Below are positions 26,924-35,098 of a DNA stretch of 64,000 bases, in pieces. Numbering within the stretch: position 1 is the stretch's first letter; each line of letters starts with the position of its first letter. The notes below the pieces were generated by a model that did no database searches, was not told the origin of the DNA, and saw only the letters and a list, made by a program, of their open reading frames with translations. The position numbers and the translations under genes were made by a program. This DNA comes from Chloroflexota bacterium (lineage in GTDB: Bacteria; Chloroflexota; Dehalococcoidia; Bin125): assembly GCA_026705025.1 (NCBI GenBank), contig JAPPBN010000045.1:162166-226165 (forward strand), written 5' to 3'.

Positions 26924-27565
26924 CTTGCGCTCGCTTTCAGTGGCGCCGGTCCAGTCGGCTCTGGGCGGATTCTAGTGCCTGTTCGGCGCGGCTGATTTTG
27001 AGTTTTCAGGTTTGAGCAGAATTTTTTCTTCGGACCCGCGCCGGCCCTGATCTCCAGTGTTTTACCGGAGATCGTACGTTTCGGGTTTCAGGTTTTTTCA
27101 GGCTTCTTCAGGAATTTCAGATCCGATTTGTTCGGGTCTGTTCGATCCTGTTCGGTGCTGTCCGGTCGCCGGCGGCCGGATCCTGTCCGGTTCGGGCTTG
27201 TCGGGACCCATGCTGGAAGGGAGCGAGGTCGCGCCGGCGATCATTGAATTGCCGCTGATCGCGTGTTCGGATCGTTCGATCGTGTTCGGTCCTGTTCGGT
27301 CTCGTTCGGCACGGGGCAGTTCGATGCGGACGGGTGTCGGCAGGATATGTCGGTTGTGGCAGGGGTCGGGACGGTTGACGATCTCGCGGCGGGGCACTGG
27401 TCTGTCCTCTCACACACTCTGGCTCAGCTTCAAGAGGTTCGTGCAGAATCAATCAACATGCGCTGCGGTCGTGGGACCATCATATACGCACATACGTGCT
27501 TGTCCAGACGTGTCGTATTCGGCGCTTCTGAAGCGCCGGGGCAGTCCACGGGGGAAGGGTTTGGA
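26924..27565. repeat. 640-bp non-coding region with 10-bp-phased degenerate direct repeats (TTCAGG and YTGTTCGG families), AT-richer than its surroundings
   Basis: Three 10-bp-spaced repeat arrays: three TTCAGG units about 27085-27115; YTGTTCGG/TCCGG units from about 27125 to about 27215; and gtGTTCGGat cGTTCGatcg tGTTCGGtcc tGTTCGGtct cGTTCGGcac at about 27261-27310. The only ORFs here are low-complexity and overlapping. Confidence 0.5.
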
Positions 27566-28930
27566 CTAGCGAACCGCCACAAGCTGTTGGCTCACTTCAC
27601 GAGCTCGCTGAGCCTGGCTGCGGGCGATCTCTGCGCAGGCGCCGGTGTATGTTGCCGGGTCCAGCAACTGATCGAGTTCAGCTTCGGACAAGTGCTGGCG
27701 AACCTCTCGGTCGGCGATCAGCAGGTCGCGGAAGGCGACCTCCTGCACGGCGGCGTCCTGCGCGTGTTCGTAGACGACGTCGTGGGCGCGCTGGCGACCC
27801 ACTTTCTCGCCCAGCGCCAGCATGATGCGCTCGCTCATGATCAGCCCGCCGGAGAGTTCGAGATTGGCTCGCATCCGTTCGGGTCGTACGTCGATGCCGT
27901 CGAACAGCAGGATCATCCGCGCGAGGATGTCGCCGACCAGTTCAATGGATCCTTGAACGACGCGCTCGACCATGACGCTGGTCGATCCGTCGGCTTCATG
28001 TTCGGTGCGCATCGCGTCGAGCGCCAGCGGGAACAGGGTCGTGACCTGGGCTGCGGCCGCGCGGATGTCCTGAGAGAGCTTCGGGTTGCGCTTCTGCGGC
28101 ATCGTGCTGCTGCCGACGGTGCCCGGCGGGACCGGTTCCTCGATTTCGCCGAATTCGGGCTTCATCAGGGTGTAGGTCTCGTCGGCGATCTTGCGGCACG
28201 TTGCGGCAAGCATCGCAAGGATCGCGGCATATTCGGCGTGGTGGTCGTGGCTGGTGCGGCCAGGCACGGGCATGGGCAGGAGGTCCAGATGCTTCGCCAT
28301 GCCGGCCTGGACATCCAGTCCGGGCGCGCCGAACGATGCCAGACTGCCCGCTGCGCCGCCCAGCATGGCAACGAAGACGCGCGGCTCGGCATCGTGTAGG
28401 CGTTCGACATGACGGCAAAGCTCGTCGATCCAGGCGCCCACCTTGTAGCCGAATGTGGACGGAACGGCGTGCTGGCCGTGTGTCCGGCCGGCGCAGGGGT
28501 CGTCGGCATGTCGCTCGGCGATTGGCGCGAGCAGTGACAACACCTGACCGATCTGGCCGAGGATGATCGAATGAGCCTGGCGCAGTTGCAGGATGTCGCC
28601 CGTCTGGGTGATGTTCTGGGTCGTCGCACCCCAATGGACATAACCGCCGACTTCTCCGCCGAGTATCCGGTCGAGCTCCCAGATCAACGGCACCAGTGGG
28701 TGCGCCGTCACGGCCAGGCCGGCCTCGATGTTGTCGACGTCGAGTAACTCGAGCCGGCAGTGATTGGCAATCTCAACCGCAGCGTCGGCGGGAATCACGT
28801 CGAGTTCCGCCTCGGCGCGGGCCAACGCTGCCTCAACGTCGAGCCAGGCCTGCCAGCGAGCTTCGCGGGTGAACAACTGACGGATTCCCGGATCGGGGAC
28901 TCGGGCGGCGGTCGGTCGGTGCTGCATCAT
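27566..28930 (-). CDS. Fumarate-lyase superfamily enzyme (3-carboxy-cis,cis-muconate cycloisomerase / adenylosuccinate-lyase-like)
   Basis: Signature GSSTMPQKRNP (class II fumarase/aspartase family loop) and the surrounding fold; 454 aa. Exact substrate cannot be assigned. Confidence 0.8.
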   Translation of the reverse strand: MMQHRPTAARVPDPGIRQLFTREARWQAWLDVEAALARAEAELDVIPADAAVEIANHCRLELLDVDNIEAGLAVTAHPLVPLIWELDRILGGEVGGYVHWGATTQNITQTGDILQLRQAHSIILGQIGQVLSLLAPIAERHADDPCAGRTHGQHAVPSTFGYKVGAWIDELCRHVERLHDAEPRVFVAMLGGAAGSLASFGAPGLDVQAGMAKHLDLLPMPVPGRTSHDHHAEYAAILAMLAATCRKIADETYTLMKPEFGEIEEPVPPGTVGSSTMPQKRNPKLSQDIRAAAAQVTTLFPLALDAMRTEHEADGSTSVMVERVVQGSIELVGDILARMILLFDGIDVRPERMRANLELSGGLIMSERIMLALGEKVGRQRAHDVVYEHAQDAAVQEVAFRDLLIADREVRQHLSEAELDQLLDPATYTGACAEIARSQAQRAREVSQQLVAVR

Positions 28931-28987
28931 CGGCTCCCTCTTGCGCGGCAGGTAGGATCGGACTGCAAGCTAACGAAGGATTTGACT

Positions 28988-30202
28988 ATGGTTGCTCCGC
29001 TTGAGGGAATTCGCGTGATCGAGGCGGCGAACTGGCTGGCAGCGCCGTCGGCGGCGGCCCTGATGGCCGACCTCGGCGCCGATGTCGTCAAGATCGAGAA
29101 TCCCGTGGGAGACGCCTGGCGCACGACGCTGATGCGCGGTCGCAAACCGGATTTCGATCCCGAGACTGACGTCGACGCAGCGTACGAACTGGACAATCGC
29201 GGCAAACGGGGCGTGGCGTTGTCGCTTGAGGCGCCGGGCGCGAGCGACGTGGTCAAACGCATGGTCGCCGAGGCGGACATCTTCATCACCAACCTCACAG
29301 CGCCGCGAATCGCCCGGTACGACCTGTCCTGGGAGTCGCTGAAGCAAGTCAATCCCAGACTGATCTACGTCGTCTTGACCGGGTATGGCACGCGCGGACC
29401 CGACAACGCCATGACCGCCTTCGACTACTCCGCGTTCTGGTCGAGGTCAGGGATCATGAGCTTGATCGGCGAACCGGACGGTCCGCCGATGCCCTGCCGT
29501 CCTGGTCAGGGCGACCACGCGACGGCACTCAATCTGCTGTCGGGAACATTGGCCGCTCTACGCCTTCGCGATCTGACCGGTGAGGGGCAATTCGTCGAAG
29601 TGACGCTGCAGCGCACGGGCGCATGGACGATTGGGGCCGATGTTGCGACGTCGCTCATCCTGGAAGATCAACCGCCGCGAATCGATCGGGTGCAGCCCGG
29701 CAATCCGATGTTCAACTCCTACGAGACGGCGGACGGCCGCTGGCTGATGTTGGTGATGCCGACGGGCGATCGCTACTGGCATCCGCTCTGCCGGGCATTG
29801 GAACAGCCGGAGTGGAGCGAGGACGAACGCTTTTCGTCGTTGATGGGACGGATGGAACACACTTCCGAACTGACCGGGGCCATGCGCGAAGTGTTCAGCT
29901 CAAAGACGCTCGCGGAGTGGACGCCGCTGCTTAATGTCGAAGGACTGACCTGGGCGCCGGTGGCGGAGTTGCCGGAGGTGATTGACGACCCGCAGATGGA
30001 AGCGATGAACGCCTGGACCGAGATCAATGGCCCAGAAGGGCCGTTCCGGACGTTGAACACGCCATTCGACATTGCCGGAGCGGACGTCGGGCCGCGCGGA
30101 CCGGCTCCGAAGACGGGTCAACACACGCATGAGGTGTTGCAAGAGTTGGGACTGTCGGACGACGAGTTGGCGGAACTGGCCGCCAGTGGTGCGCTCGGCT
30201 GA
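28988..30202 (+). CDS. Family III CoA-transferase (CaiB/BaiF family)
   Basis: MVAPLEGIRVIEAANWLAAPSAAALMADLGADVVKIENP… CaiB fold. ATG at 28988 preceded by GAAGGA; the track start at 28760 is rejected. Confidence 0.85.
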   Translation: MVAPLEGIRVIEAANWLAAPSAAALMADLGADVVKIENPVGDAWRTTLMRGRKPDFDPETDVDAAYELDNRGKRGVALSLEAPGASDVVKRMVAEADIFITNLTAPRIARYDLSWESLKQVNPRLIYVVLTGYGTRGPDNAMTAFDYSAFWSRSGIMSLIGEPDGPPMPCRPGQGDHATALNLLSGTLAALRLRDLTGEGQFVEVTLQRTGAWTIGADVATSLILEDQPPRIDRVQPGNPMFNSYETADGRWLMLVMPTGDRYWHPLCRALEQPEWSEDERFSSLMGRMEHTSELTGAMREVFSSKTLAEWTPLLNVEGLTWAPVAELPEVIDDPQMEAMNAWTEINGPEGPFRTLNTPFDIAGADVGPRGPAPKTGQHTHEVLQELGLSDDELAELAASGALG

Positions 30203-30233
30203 ACAATGACAGGTTGCGGCCGGATGGTGGATC

Positions 30234-31382
30234 GTGAGTGAAGAACTCGACCTCATCGTCAATGCGGTCCGTCGTTTCGTCCGGCGCGAGATCTGGCTCG
30301 AGGAGAAGCGAATCGATTCGAACGCTCCGCGGCTCCCGGTCGATACCCACGCGAAGCTGCTGAATCGCGCTGCCGAATTGGACATCGCCCCGCTGATGGC
30401 GCCCCGCGGGTCGGTCGACGGACCGCAAATCGACCTACCCGACGCTGATCGATTGCGGATCGCGGAGGAGTTGTCCCAGCACCGTGCGGGCGTGATCAAC
30501 CCTGCGTACGGACTGTTCGATCCGGATCCGCCGCCACAGCTGTACGCAGCCACCGAGGACCAACAGGAGCGTTTTCTCCTTCCAATGCTTCGGCGCGAAG
30601 TTACGTGCTTCCGAGGCCTCGACGATCCTGATCTCGCCTTGCTGCCGGTCGACGGAGTCCGCATCCGTGCACAGAAACATCCGAAGGGATGGATGCTCGA
30701 CGGCACGAAGTTGTTCGTGGCCGACGCCTCAGACGCGGCCTTCGGCATCGTGTACGCAAACACGGAGGAGGTCCCGGGAGAGCGCGATGGGGTATCGGCA
30801 GTCGTCGTTGAAACCGATCGCGTGGGATTCCAGCGTTGGCGTCCCTGGCCGACCATCGCGGTGGGGCGGGACACCATGGAGATCAATCTGTCGGCCGTGA
30901 AAGTGCCGGAGTCGAATCTGCTGGGCGAGCCGGGCCGTGGTCCGGCGTTCGCGAACGATCTGGTGCTGCGCCGACGGCTGTTCACGGCTGCGCATCTGAC
31001 CGGAATTGCCTCAGCGGCTCAGGACATGTGCCGCGGCGTCGTATGGTCGCGGCGAGAGCACGGCGCGCCACTGGCCCAGGGCGAGCGGGCGCGCCTGGCG
31101 CTCGCCGACAATGAAATCGAGGTCGCTGCTGCTCGTGTCCTGTATCTGTCTGCAGCGGATCGGACGGAAGAATTGGCCCTGGCGGCGACGGCGAACGCGG
31201 TCGGGATGGCCACGGTGGTGGTTGACCGTGCCATGGACCTGCACGGCGTCGCCGGAGGTTCGGCTGATTTGCCCCTGGAACGCTGGGCACGGGAACTGGG
31301 CTGGCAACGACTCAGTCTCGGCGGAACAGTTCAGGCAAAGCTGACCATTGCGCAGCGCCTGATCTCGACCTTCAAGAAGTGA
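30234..31382 (+). CDS. Acyl-CoA dehydrogenase family protein (apparently lacking the canonical YEGT catalytic glutamate)
   Basis: ACAD N-terminal helical domain (LDLIVNAVRRFVRREI…), middle beta domain and C-terminal helical domain. Where YEGT is expected the sequence reads QRLSLGGTVQAKL. GTG start. Confidence 0.72.
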   Translation: MSEELDLIVNAVRRFVRREIWLEEKRIDSNAPRLPVDTHAKLLNRAAELDIAPLMAPRGSVDGPQIDLPDADRLRIAEELSQHRAGVINPAYGLFDPDPPPQLYAATEDQQERFLLPMLRREVTCFRGLDDPDLALLPVDGVRIRAQKHPKGWMLDGTKLFVADASDAAFGIVYANTEEVPGERDGVSAVVVETDRVGFQRWRPWPTIAVGRDTMEINLSAVKVPESNLLGEPGRGPAFANDLVLRRRLFTAAHLTGIASAAQDMCRGVVWSRREHGAPLAQGERARLALADNEIEVAAARVLYLSAADRTEELALAATANAVGMATVVVDRAMDLHGVAGGSADLPLERWARELGWQRLSLGGTVQAKLTIAQRLISTFKK

Positions 31383-32565
31383 TATCCGGCAGCGGATCAA
31401 GCGCGGCCGACGCGATGACCTCCAAGCCGCGCGGCGTGATGGGCGGGTTGTGCAGCGGGCCCCGGACGTCGCGGTAGTAGCGCTCCAGCGGCTGCGATCG
31501 ATGCAGGGAGATTCCGCCGACCAGCCTCATGCAGCGATCGACGATGTCGACCGCGGTATCGCCGGTGTGCAACTTGGCCGCGGCAACGCGCGGGCCGAGT
31601 TTGAATCTGGACTCGGCGTCGAGTTGGTCCCAGGCTGAAGCCGTCTCATGCAGGAGCGCCCGGGCCGACATGATTCGCAGATCGATTTCGCCTACTTGCG
31701 CGCGAACGGTTGGCAGACCGCCGATCACGCCCGGCGCTCCGCCGAGGCGGCGGTTGCGGGCGAACTCGACGGTGTAATCGCGCGCTGCCTCGGCCACTCC
31801 GAGCGACGCGGCGGAGACCAGCAGGGCGAACCAGGCAAAGTCCCCGTGCCGTTGTCCGGCTTTCGCCGGATCTTGCCGGACCAGGAATTCGTCGTCCGTG
31901 ATGGGCACGTCCTCGAACCAGACGTCGTGAGAGCCGGTTGAGCGCAAGCCGACCACGTCCCAGGTTTCTTCGATCCGCAGACCTGGTGAATCGCGGTGCA
32001 CGGCGACACGCGCGAGCATTCCGGAACCGTCCTCAACCGCGCAATAGGTCAGAAACCAGGTGAGATCGGGCGCGAGGGTCGTGAACGACTTGCGTCCGTT
32101 GATCAGCCAACAACCCGGACCGTCGGGAGTGAGCGCGGTCTGAGGGCGGCCGCCGCCCTGGGGTGACCCGAGTTCGGGCTCGGAAGCGACCTGGTTGCAG
32201 AGCGCGCCCTCTTCAATGATGGAAAGGAAGATCCGTTCGCGCAACGGCTCCGGCCACGAGCGATTCGAGCGCTCGGAGCCGACCGACATCAGGTGCATGC
32301 CACAGGCGAAGGCGAGAGCCATATCGACCTTGGCCAGCGCGGTTTGCGCCGCGACCAGGTCGGCCAGCGAGCACTCTTCGCCGCCGTATTCGCGTGGAAT
32401 CGGCGCGGCGATCCAGCCGATGTCGCGCAGCAACTGGAACGACGCGAACGGGAAGCTGGCGTCGCGGTCGTGACTTTCCGCGTACCCGGCGAGGGTCGGC
32501 AGATGCGGATCGAGCCGCTCGATCAATGCTCGCCCGGCGTCGTTGGTTGGCGGAACGGGCGGCAT
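31372..32565 (-). CDS. Acyl-CoA dehydrogenase-fold flavoprotein (SfnB/DszC-like ACAD type 2 candidate)
   Basis: 397 aa with ACAD-like three-domain organisation and no YEGT glutamate (…LERYYRDVRGPLHNPP…). Convergent with, and overlapping the end of, the preceding ACAD gene. Confidence 0.68.
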   Translation of the reverse strand: MPPVPPTNDAGRALIERLDPHLPTLAGYAESHDRDASFPFASFQLLRDIGWIAAPIPREYGGEECSLADLVAAQTALAKVDMALAFACGMHLMSVGSERSNRSWPEPLRERIFLSIIEEGALCNQVASEPELGSPQGGGRPQTALTPDGPGCWLINGRKSFTTLAPDLTWFLTYCAVEDGSGMLARVAVHRDSPGLRIEETWDVVGLRSTGSHDVWFEDVPITDDEFLVRQDPAKAGQRHGDFAWFALLVSAASLGVAEAARDYTVEFARNRRLGGAPGVIGGLPTVRAQVGEIDLRIMSARALLHETASAWDQLDAESRFKLGPRVAAAKLHTGDTAVDIVDRCMRLVGGISLHRSQPLERYYRDVRGPLHNPPITPRGLEVIASAALDPLPDITS

Positions 32566-32586
32566 TGGCGATTCGAGAATCGGGTT

Positions 32587-32904
32587 TTAGAGAACGTCGC
32601 GCAGGCGCTTCAGCGCCCGCACGCGAACCTTGCCGCGGTCCAGTGCGGGGCGCGCGGCGATGGTGATGGCTTCACCAGTGGCGGGATTGCGTCCCTGTCG
32701 TTCGGGCCGCGCCGACTGCGAGACGATGTCGACCTTGATCAAACCGGCGACGGTGGCAGAACCCGGCCCGCCGACTGACAGATCTTCGATCACAGCATCC
32801 GCCAGCGCATCCAGCACCTCGTTCACATCCTGGCTGCGGATTCCTGTCTTTGCTTCGATCGCCTTGGCCATCTGAGCCTTGGTCTTCGGCTTGGAGTCTG
32901 TCAT
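32587..32904 (-). CDS. hup: HU-family nucleoid-associated DNA-binding protein with Lys-rich N-terminal extension
   Basis: …KAQMAKAIEAKTGIRSQDVNEVLDALADAVIEDL…RPERQGRNPATGEAITIAARPALDRGKVRVR… matches the HU/IHF fold, including the arm motif R-x-G-R-N-P-x-T-G. ATG at 32904 preceded by GGAAAGAGAG. Confidence 0.85.
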   Translation of the reverse strand: MTDSKPKTKAQMAKAIEAKTGIRSQDVNEVLDALADAVIEDLSVGGPGSATVAGLIKVDIVSQSARPERQGRNPATGEAITIAARPALDRGKVRVRALKRLRDVL

Positions 32905-33029
32905 AGTCACTCTCTTTCCATTTGGGCTAGTCAACGATGCGGGCCTTCACTGCTTACGTAGTGTTATCGGCAAGTTCGCATGGGGCAATAGCGTTCGGCA
33001 CCTTTCGATGGGTGAGTTAACGTCCAGCC

Positions 33030-33692
33030 ATGCACTCTATTCGAACCACCCCGATCACTGAAGAACTGGCGAGATATCTCGAAGACACCTCGACGCGAGA
33101 GGACGATGTCTGGCGACGACTGAGAGCGGAGACCGCGGAACTGCCAGCCGGAGGCATGCAGATTGGTCCGGATCAGGCCCGCCTGTTGAGCTGGCTGGCG
33201 AAGCTGGTTGGCGCACGGCGCACTCTTGAGATTGGCACCTTCACCGGAGCGTCGGCGCTGGCTGTTGTTCAGGCGATGCCGGAGGATGGTCGGATGGTCG
33301 CCTGTGATGTGAGCGAGGAGTGGACTTCGATTGCTCGGAAGTACTGGATTGAGGCCGGGGTCCGCCACAAGATTGACCTTCGTCTGGGCCCGGCGTTGGA
33401 CACGTTGGCCGCGCTGGGCCGAGAGGGAGGTGGGTTGTTCGATTTCGCCTTCATCGACGCGGACAAGGAGCCGATCTGGAGCTACTACGAGGGTGCGCTG
33501 GCCTTGCTGCGACCGGGAGGCCTGATCGCTGTTGACAACACACTCTGGGGCGGTCAGGTTGCCGACCCGACTGTTCGCGATCCTGACAAGGAGGCGATCC
33601 ACGCCTTCAATCGGCGGATCATCGACGATCCACGAGTCGACGCGGTGCAACTGACGGTTGGAGACGGGCTGACGTTGTTGAGGAAGCTCTAG
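33030..33692 (+). CDS. Class I SAM-dependent O-methyltransferase (family 3, caffeoyl-CoA OMT-like)
   Basis: LEIGTFTGASAL motif I, DFAFIDADK metal/acidic motif and the length and organisation typical of cation-dependent OMTs. Confidence 0.85.
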   Translation: MHSIRTTPITEELARYLEDTSTREDDVWRRLRAETAELPAGGMQIGPDQARLLSWLAKLVGARRTLEIGTFTGASALAVVQAMPEDGRMVACDVSEEWTSIARKYWIEAGVRHKIDLRLGPALDTLAALGREGGGLFDFAFIDADKEPIWSYYEGALALLRPGGLIAVDNTLWGGQVADPTVRDPDKEAIHAFNRRIIDDPRVDAVQLTVGDGLTLLRKL

Positions 33693-33699
33693 AGCGCGT

Positions 33700-34578
33700 T
33701 CAGACGAGTGCGGCAGTTGGCACGTTGTCAGCGACGAGCTCGATCGCGCGCGCGAGCTTACGTTCGCCGATGAACGCCGAGCCACCGTAGAGCGGTCCGA
33801 TTGCTTCGACCGCCTCGAGCGTGGTGAGCGATGTGGTGATCAGGGCAAACGACTCGCGTTCGGCGCGCTGGGCGACGTAGGGCAGCGTCGGTTCGCCGCC
33901 GGCGAGGATCAGGCAGAGCGGCTCGTAGTCCAACGCTCCCAGCGCGATATCGATTCGGTCGTGGCGGGTAATCAGTGTCTTGTCCGGATACTTGCGGAAG
34001 TAGTCCATGCCCTCGTGCGCGCTGACCGGACCGATCACGAGGTCCCGTGAGGCCTCGTCGAAGAGCTCCTCGTCGCCCGACAGCTCGCCCTCAATCGAGG
34101 GAGCAATGTCGCGAACCGTCGGCGCGGCCAAGTGACGGTCCTGTGGAATCGATGCCGCGGCATGGCCGCCCAGATCGGTGATGCGCTGCAGCGCGGCCGG
34201 ACCTCCGTGCTCGGGTACGCCGTTGACGACGACCGCGTCGGGTTGGGTCGAGAGGGCGCGCGAGACGGTGTCGTCGTCGGCTTCGCCGTGGCGGACTACC
34301 AGCACGGTGCGATCCGCTTCAATCGCCTCGGCCTCCAGCGCTTCGACGACCGTGTGGTCGGTGTCGGATGGAATCTCGGAGGCAGAGACTGGTTCCGAGG
34401 CTCCGCGCACGCCATTGACCCTGGCGAGCTGCAGGGCGTCGGCGGCTGCCGAGTCTCCGTCGTCGATTCTGACGAGCCGGACGGTTGCGCCGGTCGCTCG
34501 CAGCGCAGATGCAATTCCCGTGGCGACGACCGATTTACCGTCGCCGGCCAGCGTTGATGTGACAAGAATGCGGGTCAC
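33700..34578 (-). CDS. Stand-alone phosphotransacetylase N-terminal-like protein (BioD-like P-loop + DRTGG domain)
   Basis: N-terminal MTRILVTSTLAGDGKSVVATGIASAL (BioD/CobQ-like P-loop), central DRTGG-like region (…LITRHDRIDIALGAL…) and no PTA_PTB catalytic domain; 292 aa. Confidence 0.65.
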   Translation of the reverse strand: MTRILVTSTLAGDGKSVVATGIASALRATGATVRLVRIDDGDSAAADALQLARVNGVRGASEPVSASEIPSDTDHTVVEALEAEAIEADRTVLVVRHGEADDDTVSRALSTQPDAVVVNGVPEHGGPAALQRITDLGGHAAASIPQDRHLAAPTVRDIAPSIEGELSGDEELFDEASRDLVIGPVSAHEGMDYFRKYPDKTLITRHDRIDIALGALDYEPLCLILAGGEPTLPYVAQRAERESFALITTSLTTLEAVEAIGPLYGGSAFIGERKLARAIELVADNVPTAALV

Positions 34579-34758
34579 GAGGCGCTCCGGTTCATCTGAT
34601 TGCAGTTCGCGTGCTGCCTAGCCAAGACTAAACGGCGAGCGCGCTAGGGTCTGTTCGCTCCTCGCGACAAGCGGCGAGGCCAGCGCCTGGCGCTGGACGC
34701 GATGATGCGCGGCTAGACTGAAGCCCCCGAACGAGCAGCGAGCGGCGGAGAGTTTGGG

Positions 34759-34989
34759 ATGGCGGAAGAGCAGGGCAGCAGCGGAGATCTGTGGCCGCCT
34801 CCGGCGCCAGACTCGCCTGCCACCCGCCGACGTCGGCCGCCGCCGGAACGGCATGCTCACTGGATCGACCATGAGAATCGGGCCGACGAGCCGCGCGAAG
34901 ATGCGCCTCGCTTGCTCTGGTGGATCCTCGGCGCGCTGCTGATCTTCGGAGTGTTCTCGGTGCTCATCAGAATGTTCCTGGTCCTGTAG
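34759..34989 (+). CDS. Candidate small tail-anchored membrane protein (76 aa)
   Basis: ATG preceded by GGCGGAGAG. Pro/Arg-rich soluble part, then a single C-terminal hydrophobic helix LLWWILGALLIFGVFSVLIRMFLVL. No homology recognised. Confidence 0.3.
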   Translation: MAEEQGSSGDLWPPPAPDSPATRRRRPPPERHAHWIDHENRADEPREDAPRLLWWILGALLIFGVFSVLIRMFLVL

Positions 34990-35098
34990 ACCGCCAATCA
35001 ACAACCTTCGGTATCTTGACTGGCAATCCCTGCGAACCGTGCGGGTGCGTTCGGCACGTCGGTCGGATCGGTCACAGTTTCCGGATCGGAGCATCGAA

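Noticed and set aside
27057-27569. 170-aa ORF and overlapping minus-strand ORFs inside the 640-bp repeat region
   Set aside because: Created by the short tandem repeats (translation is repetitive FRF/SG-rich), mutually overlapping, with no SD; the region is treated as non-coding.
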